A stretch of 64,000 bases of DNA, from positions 1,674,001 to 1,738,000 of the forward strand of contig CAJFCJ010000010.1 of assembly GCA_904063045.1 (NCBI GenBank). The letters are read 5' to 3'. This document shows, piece after piece, positions 12,201 through 23,354 of this stretch. This DNA is from Dimorphilus gyrociliatus. Lineage: Eukaryota; Animalia; Annelida. The notes under the pieces are model-generated. The model did no database searches and had not been told where the DNA came from. It saw only the letters and a program-made list of their open reading frames with translations. Each line of letters starts with the position of its first letter. Position 1 is the stretch's first letter. Made by a program: the position numbers and the translations under genes.

Positions 12201-14783
12201 TTTACCTAGATTACCTAAGGGAAAGGGCAATATTGGTGTCTTATTCGACGAAGTCGATTACTATTCGGATTTCCAAAGTTTAACCGTATTAAATGACCCT
12301 CGGTTAAAGGTTTTTGAAAGAGATTTATATGAATTGGAAGCTTATAAAAAGTTTGCTATTTTTAATGGTACAAACTTAAATTCGGCAAAAATATCTGATT
12401 ATAAAATACAAATTGGTTCGGAAGAATGTAAAATAGGTTCTCTTTCATCTTCCAGTATAACGTGTAACGTGTTGGAGTTTGATGTAAATATTCAATATAA
12501 CGTTACAGTTAAATGCGCTGATTTCAGTTGGTCACTTGGCTTTTTGAAAAAAGTAGCAAAACCCGGTAAGTTTTTAAATAGGACACATGATATAAAAAAT
12601 TTAAAGACATTCCTAAGGGTCTTTTATGTATTTTTATACAAAAAGAGAAGTTTTTCTCTATATAAATAGCTTTCTCTTTTATTAGATGATTCTTCGGAAA
12701 ATGATGATAATGTTAACTTAATTATCATAATCTTATCAACGGTACTCGGCTTTCTATTCATCATCTTTATTATTATGGTGATATGTTTTTTGAGAAAAAA
12801 CTCGCAGTTTCGTAGGAAAAAGCAAACAAAACTTATTAAACGAGAATCGAAATGGAAATTACCATCGATTGGTACGAAACGAAAACGCAATTACGACGAC
12901 TACCTAATCGATTTCGACCAATTATCTATCCAATATGATATAGAACAAGGCTTCTTTGGTAAACTTAGCAAGGCTATTTTTTTTCCTCCACATCAGATCA
13001 AGATGGTTAATGTTCATATTAAATGCCTATACGGTGACAATGTAACACCTATAGATGTTTCGGAGTTTCTAGAAGAAGCCATGACTTTCAGCAATGTCTC
13101 AAATGATTATATATTGTCACCCATAGCTTTAACGTATGATTCCCTGAGGAAACCGTTTGTCCTGTTTCCTGCCGCAAACAATTTGAAGAACTTTTTAGTT
13201 AGATTCGGTTCAACATTAAGTCTAAATGATTTACTTTTCGTAGCAAACCAAGTTTTAGAAGGTTTGAATATTCTTTATCAGAAATACGGTATTCTTCACG
13301 GAGATATTGCTTGCCGTAATTGTGTGTTCGTATAATTATTTCTCAATAATTTCTTTTATGCTCTTTTATGAATTATTATAAAATAATTAGGATATCTCAT
13401 AACTTAACTACTCAAATTGCTGATAATTGCCTCTCTAAAGACCTCTATAGAAGTGACTACGGAATATTACCTGCCTGTGGAAATAGATCAGTACCAATCC
13501 GATGGATGGCACCCGAATTATTTGTAGATTATAAAATAACTCTTTGGTCTGAGTTGGTAAGTTGTTGTTTCATAGATTTATTCTAAAAACAGAGTAGAGA
13601 AATTTTTCGACATTCCTGTCGGCAATTTGAACTGAAAGAAAGTTCAACTAGTATACAAAAACTGGCGAGGGGCTAAATTTCATTTATGTATGACTGCGGC
13701 AGCTTTTCTCGGCTTACAGCCCTTTGGCACCGTATAAGGAAACTGCGTCTCTATCTGTCTTTTTCGCTCTCTCTGCGTAACTCATTCTCTTCTGATCTTT
13801 TTTTTTTTATTTGACCTTAAATTTTTTATGTTATTTTACTTGTTTTTTTTTCTCTTTTAGTCTAATCTATAAAAAGTTAATGTCTTCATTAATTTATGAT
13901 TAAATTGAGAAGATATTGACTCTGCTTTCAAAGAGCTCAAATGATACAAAAGTATTTCTAAGTATTAATTAAAGTTAATTGGAATTAATTTAAACTTTTT
14001 TCTTACAAAAAAAAAAAAAAACTAACTTTTGGAGTTTTGTAACGAATTTTAAGCATTAAACTTTGACCTTTTAATAGTAAAAAATAAGACGATTCATAAT
14101 TAGATAAATTTTCGCAAATTATTTACAGAAGAAATAGACAAAAGGTCGGTTTTGTTTACTTAGAATAAGGTCTATCAGTTTATATATATATAAATATATA
14201 CATATATATATATATATATAATATGTATTTAGCAAACTTAGCCTTGTTAATCCAACCTATTTAGCTCTTTTTGTGTGTATTTATTAATAGTAATTCATTT
14301 GGAGTACATGTTGCCATTCTTTAGATTTATGATGACTTTTTTTTTGCGAGAAATCAATAAATATAAAGTTATTCATTCTTACAAATAGTATTCGTCCGTT
14401 TGTAACTCGACTCAGATTGAATTTAGTCTGATAATATTGTATCTAAATTTGAGTCTGTTCTACTTTCGATCGTCGTATCCTTTTTACTTGTTATTCTTAT
14501 TATAATAAGTAATGACATTATTGTTCATTTTTTGCTTCTTTTCATTCTATAGTGGTCAGCTGCTGTTTTAATATGGGAAGTTTTAACAAATGGAGAAACT
14601 CCTTACTATAAGATTGATACACTAGACGTTCCTCATCACGTCCTTCAGGGTCAAGTGTTAGAACAGCCAGCTTTTTGCCCACGGGAAGTTTACGAATTAT
14701 TAAAGTGTTCATTTTCAAAAGAAATTACTGATAGACCAAGCTGGAAAAATCTACAAGCTACACTTACTAGATTCAGATATTAG
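9223..14783 (+). CDS. Receptor tyrosine (pseudo)kinase: signal peptide, several Cys-rich GCC2/GCC3 (ephrin-receptor-like) repeats, about 3 IPT/TIG domains, TM helix, RYK-like kinase domain; about 12 exons
   Basis: Signal peptide MRFLLPVFFVILVLT (9223). CPxGxY/CxxCP repeats in 9332-11390. IPT-like segments (SFSPNS..., GGLIASVKG, NGTNLN...IGSEECKI). TM IIIILSTVLGFLFIIFIIMVICFL near 12720-12790. Kinase motifs QGFFG, VHIK, FLEE, HGDIACRN, DNCLSKDLY, PIRWMAPE, WSAAVLIWE, DRPS; stop TAG at 14781-14783. Confidence 0.88.
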
Positions 14784-17631
14784 AAAAGATTGTCGTAAAT
14801 TATCTCATACATTGGCGCCCCCTAATCATTAAGAATTCTGATGGAGAGGAAAGGAATAATAGCATTAGACCCTAAACCACTAATGACTGCTTAACCTATT
14901 GCGTAACATAAACAAATATATTTTTGAATTTAATGCCATAACGCTTAGCTTTTTGCATGTTATTTATATTCTTTCACAATTTCACTACTCAAAAAGGCAT
15001 TATGTTGTTTTGAAAATAAAGATGAACTAAATAATTTCAGTTTTATATCAACATATATATTTCGTAATTCTCTAGACGTCTTGTATTATTTAAATAACAA
15101 AGGAAGGAATATTTTTCAGTTCCGTTTCCCAATTTCGGCTGTAAATTGATTTAGAATTAAATTACATTGTAAATTTAATCAAGATTAAAATGCAGTTAGA
15201 AATGCGAACGATGCAACCATTGAATAATCTATCAAAAAGCCATAGAGTGACAAACTGTACGTATTACTGTATATATACATCTATTTCGCTCTCTCTTTCT
15301 CTCTCTCTTTTGGTACAGTATAAATTCTATCCTCTTCGTTTTAGTTACTGTTTGATCTTTATATTCAAAGCTTTACAAACAATTGTTTCCGAAATCTAAA
15401 CGATGAGCCAAATATATATAAATGGAACAAGCCTCGGTTACTTTGAATGTTTTAGGTTACTGTATATGCATATAATTTCAGTTTTTTACTCTACCAAAGC
15501 CCCATCGAACAATATTCAAAGCAGATGTTGGGATGAGGGATAAATGCAGCTGGCTTCATTAAAATCGAAAATTTCTTCAGCAATTTTTTTATAGCTTCCA
15601 ATAAATTCCTATTAGTTGTTAAGAAGATGGTACTTTATCTTCTCCTCCTTCTCCTCCTCCTTTGTTTATTTGTCTATTCACTTTCTAAACTAAATTCGAA
15701 TAATGGATAGAAAAGGATATTTAAAAATGTATCATTTACTTTATATACTAGATAAGATAAGGCTAACGAGAAAAGTTTTTAAATGGTTCCATTGAATCCA
15801 TCTTGGAAATTGCATTAAGAAATAAAGACGAGAAAATTCCGGAAAGGTGAAAGAAATGACAATGAGATCCGATGACAGCCTTTACGAAGATAAAACGGAG
15901 GGCAGACGAATATAGGCTTAGTTAGAATTACATTATTAACATCAATTGAGGAAAATTCTATCTTACTTTTTTTTTTCTATCATTTAACGTATGAAATGTA
16001 GGTGATCCTTTGTAGTTATATCGTCTATCTCCTTTCGTTTTTGGTTTGTTAAAGAAATAGAGAGGGAGGTCCAAGATAGAAACAAAACAGCCTGTCACTC
16101 ATTGCAAATCGGGTACAAATTCTTTTTTATAGTAGTTTTGCTTCTATTTTTTTAAAACTAAAAAGGCAATGATGCAAGATAAACCGATGAAAATAGTTTT
16201 CTAAACATTCTAATTCGTTGACAGATAAATGCCTTATATTCTGCCGTCAATCAGGGTAGAGAGAATCGCGTTTTTCCTTTGCATTGTTTATTCATTTACT
16301 AAGAGATTTCTTCCCGAGGGTAAAGAGTGTTGGAAGAGAAATGTAGGAAACAACGCCTCTCTCTTCCTTCTCTCTTAAGTGTTTTTTACAGTCATCTGAC
16401 GTTCACATACTTTCTTCTTTCTCCTTCGTTTTTATTACATTTTTGCTAACTTCATTTTATCTCTCGTCCTTTTCCTAACCGTATTCTATAGATCTCCCCA
16501 TTGAAAAGACAGATAGCAACATAAAGATAAAAAAATCGACTTTATGCCTGTCTATATTTGGATAAGCAGAACTTTTAAACGATTTCTAGTAGGATAAGAT
16601 AAAAGAGGGTTAAAACGCAGTTCAGTTTGTTTTTGTTTTAGACTTTTAACCGACTTTAAGATCTATGATAATATCATTCATTGTAAACTTAAATATCTCT
16701 TAGGGATAGCGGAAGAAGAAATGGGATATTTGAAATTAAAAACAAACCGCTAAATTGAATTTCATTCATTGAATCATAGAGAAACTGAAACTAATACTGA
16801 GAAGGCAGACGATACGATTGCCTTCATTCACACTGGACTTGTTATACTGTAATAAAGAATATTTTGTTTCTCCAGATAGTTGAGTAAGACTTTTGTGTGA
16901 TTGCTGTCGTATGTTTATAAAACTTAATATAAGAAAGAGACGAGATTGATGATCTAATCTGTGGAACAACTTAGGAATACAGAAAATAATTTCTGACCAA
17001 ACGATAGATATAGTAGAAAGTGGTAATATATAAGAATTCCACTTGAGCGCCCCCTCTATTTTACTTTATTACTAGTCCGATATTATATTACGTTATAAGT
17101 ATAATGTAATCAGTTCTTCGCTAACTGACTATTATAATCCGATTCCCTTCTAGATGAAAATTTAAGAGCTTGGAAACAAATTTACCTCTTTGAGGGACTA
17201 AATCATCGATATCCCGTTAAAAATGTACTCAAAGTCCGCCCCCTTCGCCCTCCTTTTTTTTTATAGTTCTCTTAATTCTTATCTTATCCCATTGATTGTA
17301 TACTTCGTTGTTTACAATTATACATGCTATTAGTTTTCCGTAGAGCAAAAGTTTAGATCTATATTACCTAGATACGACAAAAGTTCGTAAACTAATAGTT
17401 CTTTCTCTGTTTCTTAATAATAAAGGAAAGGATGTCAACATAATTTCAGAATTGTAAAAATATATTATGTAATAAGCCAAAAAAAAGCATAAAATGATGA
17501 AGCGACCGCTAGGTGGAGCTTCATGTATTTAAATTTTCCAAGGAAAATGAATATATTTTTATGCTTCTGTTGATAAAAAAAAGTACTCTTAACTCGTTTC
17601 AGCTTTAGTCCTTGACCCAGCTTTATATATA

Positions 17632-17635
<4 letters not shown>

Positions 17636-17685
<50 letters not shown>

Positions 17686-17705
17686 ATGTGTGTGTAGGTG
17701 TGTAT
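17636..17705. repeat. Compound (TA)n/(TG)n microsatellite
   Basis: Read directly, immediately next to the WS/DGAT stop codon. Confidence 0.95.
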
Positions 17706-19693
17706 TTATTCGTTCTTTACTTTCTTCAGCTCCCTGACTTGTTCAACCAGTCTGTTAAGATGTTTAAGATACATGTTCGTTAGCATTTTAGGATTGCAGG
17801 TCAAAGTTTTATCCACGAATATTCCTAAGCGAACCTGATTGTCATATGAGTAGACTGACACTCCTAAGCCTATATATATAAAAAAAGCAAAGATCAACTT
17901 TAACTTGAATGATTGAAAGATAGAAATTAAGTTTGATAACGGCTTAATATATTATCTATAAAAAAAAACTTACCGCAGTTGGCTCTTTGTGGAGGCCAGA
18001 ATATCATTCCTTCAACTTCTTCGCCACCAATACTAATTCTCTCTGCAGGTCCAGGAACGTTGGATAGCACCATTGTACATTTTGCGGCAAGGAAATCAAA
18101 TACTTTTTGCGTTACCCATTTAGGGAATCGAGACATAGCATATCTAAGGAAAAGAGATCCTACAATTGGATCAGGTGAATTTTTAAGTTCATCCATCCTT
18201 TTCTTAACTTCTTTAACATATTCTAAATGATTTTCAACCTCTGTAAACAAAGACCAAAAAACGAAAGTTTACATCGATAGCTCCGTCTGGTGATATGATT
18301 CAATTGTCTTCCAAAAAAGAGAGTGACAATATAAAGTAAATCTACAAACCTAAATCTATAGGCATAGGGAAGATTAGGAGAGAGAATTGATTGTCCATTG
18401 CAGCACATTTATCCTTCTTTCTCAAATCCACCGGAACGTAGCATTTAATTTCCTTAGGGACTAGGTGGGAGAATCTACAATTCCATAGATAAATAGATAT
18501 ATTTAGCTGATCAGTAGCGACCCCTACGATCTAAACGTAAGACGAATTGAGATATATAATTGCTTTTTTTTACAATCAATTATTGGTTTAATACAGATAT
18601 TCTTTCATTTTAAAAGAACATCTTCGCAATTCATCGTTCGTTTATGTATTCTATTAATTATTTGTATCAATAAATAAACATGAAAAGTACCTTTCAAAAT
18701 ATTCTCGGAAAGTCAATGCCAAGCACCCCATGAGAACGTCATTAACAGTTGTTCCAGTGGCTTCTTTTACTTCTTTAATAAGGGCTAGATCAACTGGTTC
18801 ACTCCAAGCCAAGTTTTTCACTCCTGTTAATTTCGGTCCGTGTAAACAGTGACTGTCGGCGGGAAAGAATAGTTTTTCAAATATTCTAGCAGGTCCCCGG
18901 AAGATAGCTTTAACAATCTGCTCAACACTCATTGATTTAGTACCAAATCCCCCTCCTTTAGTTATCATCTTCGGTATTTTATCAGTAATTTCTTCAAAAA
19001 ATATCCTATTTGAACAAAAAGATATCAATAGCGATATATTTATAGTAACTATTAAGAAATTATTGTATTTTTATCATATCAAACTTACTGAGTGAGGCCC
19101 ACGCCGTCAGCTACGCTGTGATGAATTCGGAAGAGGCAATAGTGGTGTTTTTGATTCTCTTGGTATTGCGGCAGTACAATAAATTCCCACATAGCTCTGT
19201 TCGGTTTTAAGGGTTTAGAAGCCATATCCGCTAAAATTTGAAACGTTTCCGTTTCATTTTGCCCCTCCTTCTCTTTAGACATATACACATGTTCGTCAAC
19301 CTTGAAATCTCCTTCTTTCAGCCAAACAAATCGTCCATTTAAATTTGTCGCATACCTGACCAACTTTTCATATTTAACTGTCTTTGTGTCTTGATTAATT
19401 AATTTATTCATAAATATACTCTTATACTTTTCAACATCCGGTTTACCAAGGACTTTAATAACGCTATGAATGATTGATCGATTCTCTATCGAGTCTTGTA
19501 ACCAGATCGAATCATCAGCGGTAACAAAAATTATATCATCGTCCTTATGCTTTTCTTTGATCAAGTGCATCATTGTATGTCGGTAAATTCGTAATACGAG
19601 CAAAACAGGTAAGGCAAACGGTAAAAGTAAAATAAAGCCAATGAAGCATAATGCTTCAAAAGTTATTACTAAGGCGCTTCGTGAGCTTGACAT
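17706..19693 (-). CDS. Wax ester synthase/diacylglycerol O-acyltransferase (WS/DGAT, AtfA-type), 5 exons
   Basis: Catalytic HHxxxDG motif (RIHHSVADG). Also TVNDVLM, YVPVDLR, LSNVPGP and WPPQ..CGLGVSVYSYDNQVRLG motifs of the WS/DGAT C-terminal (DUF1298) domain. N-terminal hydrophobic helix; in-phase GT-AG junctions. Confidence 0.9.
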
Positions 19694-20107
19694 GATCCTT
19701 GTGTGTGAAGAACTCAGTCAGTAGTGAATAAATGATGAAATTTTAAGGCAGTGTTCAAATTTCAAAGATCAGCAGACTTTAATTTATCGATTTTTAGAAA
19801 GAGTCAGAAGAGTCAGATAAGCTTCTGATAAATCTTGTCTGAGATGTTCATGGGACAAAGTATAATAAGAGGACAAAGTTTCCTTTGAGAACATATTAAT
19901 GATCGTTTTCGATTGTTTTTCAGCGTTCTTCCTCATTTGACTCTGCTTCTTTGATCCTTTCGAATGATATATAAAGGTTTAATGTACTATGGCATAGACT
20001 ATTATATCGAGGGACGGTATATTATATTTCAAAAAGACACGGGCATTTTTAGGCAAAATAGTCTTCTTTGCTAAAAAATATACCAGTTTTCACTTGGAAG
20101 ATTAAAT

Positions 20108-22900
20108 ATGGATAAAACTTCTGAAGTTATCATTGAGTTGTACAAAATAGGGGCGTTTAAGTTTGGTGAATTCAAATTAAAGAGTGGAATTACCTCCCCA
20201 ATATATGTTGATTTACGAGTGTTAGTCAGCTTTCCGAAAATATTGGTAGCTATACTTAATTTCTTCACCTATTATCGCCTCACACGTGCTTATCTTGTAT
20301 TAGACAGATATATCGTGCCTTCTATACAACAAGAGTAGAGAAAACCATTGCCAGTTTGAAAATGTTTGCGGTGTTCCCTATACTGCCCTACCAATGTCAA
20401 CGGTAATTTTCTATATTTTTTCCCATGGCGTATCAATTTCTCTATAAAAAATAACTTTCAGTCTTATATAAACACTAAATAGGCATTGTATTCTAAAATT
20501 TTCTTGCAATTCGTCAATTATAGCTGCTTTATTGTTATAGAAAAAAAATAAATGTTAAAATAAAACAGGTTATCTCCACCAAATACGATATTCCATTGTT
20601 GATGAGGAGGAAAGAAGCGAAATCATATGGTACGAAACAATTGGTTGAAGGTTACTTTAAAAAAGGCGATAGATGCTTAATTATTGAGGATATTGTAACA
20701 TCCGGTGGCTCAGTTCTGGAAACTGCGCAAGTATGCTTAATCGGGATATTTCATTACGTTACGTGACACTGGCGGCATTTTAACAACGTTTCCGATTATC
20801 CTGTCTATGCGCAATAATTTTGTTGTATATACGATTCACATTTTCTAAAAGTCGGAAATGGCGTTATAAGCGCCCTAGTTAATACATAACAATGAAATAC
20901 GTGACGTTTATTCGCTAATACCGGGAATTTTTAAAGTGATATTTACTTTTTTTTCATTTACCTTTTAATATAGATACTACGAAATTTAGGATTAGAAGTA
21001 CGCGATACAGTAGTCGTCCTAGATAGAGAACAAGGAGCAATCGCTTCATTAAAAAATCACAATATTGAAGTACATTCGTTAGTTTTTGTCACTTTTCATA
21101 CAAAATAAATAAAATAATTCTTTTTTATCATATTTACAGGATATTCACATTATCTCAAGTTGTTGACTGCTTGCTTAGTGTTGGCAAACTTAACAGCTCG
21201 ATTGTTAACAATGTCAAAACGTTTATCAAAGAGAATCAAGTAACTTGTGGCAAAAAGGTTAAAGAGATTCTTTTTAAATATTTATTATATATAAGGTTAT
21301 ATGTAAGTGATTTCTTTTTCGAAGAAACTGAGAAGAGATTACAATATTGATTTCTCTCTCGAATGTAAATAACAATTGGGTCATAGTATTGGAAAAACAA
21401 TTTTTTCTCCTTTAACGCTTTTCTTTGTCTAACTGCGAAAAATACAAACAGGAAGAAGCGACTGAAACGAAAATACATCCACTAACTAGGCGAATTTGGG
21501 AAGTAATTAAAGAGAAACAAAGTAACCTATGCGTTTCCTTAGATGTCAGCGAAAGTGGAGATCTTCTAGATGTGAGTGAATATCTTGGCTAAGATTCTAG
21601 GCCTATATTAAGCTTATATAACTATGATTTAATAAAGCTGGCGGATAAGCTCGGTCCGTACGTGTGCATGATAAAAGTTCATGCTGACATCGTAAAAGGA
21701 TTCAACGTGGATGTTGGTTTGCAATTGAAAGCTCTCGCTTCTAAACATAATTACTTTATTTTTGAAGACAGGTACAGCAATTTTAGACTAATTTTTTACT
21801 TTCTTTCTTAAATTATATTAATTCTGAATTTGTTAAATTACCTTCTTTGGATTTTGGAGTTTGAGCCAAATCCAAAATAGAGTAATAAATCTTATTGTCA
21901 ATAATGTCATATGAAACGAATAACATCCATCTTTATTCAAAATGTAATGATTCTCTTCTGTAACAGAAAATTTGCCGATATTGGAAAAACCGTTAGCATG
22001 CAATTTTCAGGCGGAAATTTAGAAATAAGTAAATGGTGTGATATTGTTAATGTGCATGCTCTTCCCGGTCCTGGAGTTATTGCAGGAATACGTACTGTTC
22101 GAGTTAGTGTATAAAAATAATATTAATACGGGAGATAATGCTAATCTTTTAATTAATTTCACAGCGTGATGTCGGTATTCTTGTCTTAGCACAAATGAGC
22201 AGCGAAGGAAACTTATTAAATGAATCCTATACCAAAAGTAAGTGCAATAGAGATAATATTAAACAGATAACCTAGTTCGTTAAACAAAAGTATTTCGATG
22301 CTCCTACATTAAAAAGCGATCGTTTAAAGTTTATCTTTCGCTTATTTGCGGATTTTTAATTCATAAAAGTTATCTAAAGCCTATTGTAATACAATAAGAG
22401 TGTTGATTGAAAGGTAGTTTCAACTTTTTATAAAGGAAACCGTTTTTAATATTTCATTTTAGTATACCTTCAATTCTATCACATATTAAACATCTGCGTT
22501 CTATCTAATCAGGTGCTGTTGAACTATCTTCTGCTAATCGAGATTGCGTAATTGGATTTATAGCGCAAGAAAATTTGACGAACGATAGCTTTATTGTGGC
22601 TACGCCAGGTGAACTTTTTAGAATACGTTCTCTAAAGTTTCTTATATTATTATCTCTTTTGACATGTAATATTGTATTATAATAGGAAATTTTTTTTTTA
22701 CAGGCGTCCATCTATCCACATCATCTGGCGACTTAGGCCAAACGTATAACTCGCCGCAAAAAGCTATTGAAAAAGGGTCAGACATAATAATTGTTGGTTC
22801 GGGTATTATCAAGTCCGATAACCCTGTGGAAGCGGCTGAAAACTACCGAAAAGCGTCTTTTACTGCAAAAATCCTCGAAAAATGCGCCTTATATTCCTAG
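20108..22900 (+). CDS. UMPS: Uridine 5'-monophosphate synthase (OPRTase plus OMP decarboxylase), multi-exon
   Basis: [80 protein letters not shown] and GSDIIIVG; stop TAG at 22898-22900. Confidence 0.96.
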
Positions 22901-22904
22901 AAAT

Positions 22905-23350
22905 TTGCGTTGACCAATCAGAATCCTCGATAGTTGCCGCCATCTTTCCCTCTAATCATTGAAGAGGGATGTTTCGCGGAATAAATTCTAACACTTTTTT
23001 TTTCAATACAATATTTATCTTGATATTATTGTCTTAATTATATTTTATGATTTCGGAAAAAATTTTACGAAAAATTACCGTCTGACACGTATGTTCCTAG
23101 AATAAACTTTTTTCTAGAGCATTAATGAAACCGACCACCCCTCTGAAACGTTACCCGGATGCAGAGGTCCATCTGCTGAGAGGAGAAATTCGCTAAATTT
23201 TTACGGATTATGAGCGAATAAACTTGCAATAAGTTAAACCGCGGATTTTAATCAAACTGGCGGGTATAACTTGAAAAAACAAAATTTTATTCGGGATATG
23301 TTTGTCGAAGATGGTAAAAGGAACGTCGGGTAGAAGGTTGTTCTATTTTA
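22905..23350 (+). promoter_or_regulatory. Probable CACNB promoter and 5' UTR
   Basis: CCAAT box (GACCAATCAG, 22912-22921) and YY1 motif (GCCGCCATCTT, 22936-22946) lie about 410-440 bp upstream of the inferred first ATG at 23355. Confidence 0.5.
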
Positions 23351-23354
23351 CCCG

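Noticed and set aside
13608-13652. Two small hairpins followed by CTAGT in the RTK last intron (Helitron 3' end-like)
   Set aside because: The hairpin abuts the CTAG with no spacer, there is no matching 5' TC end or second copy, and the stems are short.
15400-16000. Possible small exons between the RTK and WS/DGAT genes
   Set aside because: All frames hit stops within about 40 codons and could not be joined in phase.
20731-22830. Suspected frameshifts or U12-type intron in UMPS
   Set aside because: Re-reading shows ETAQ|ILRNLG joins in phase 0 and [12 protein letters not shown] is in frame. No lesion other than the R-to-S codon.
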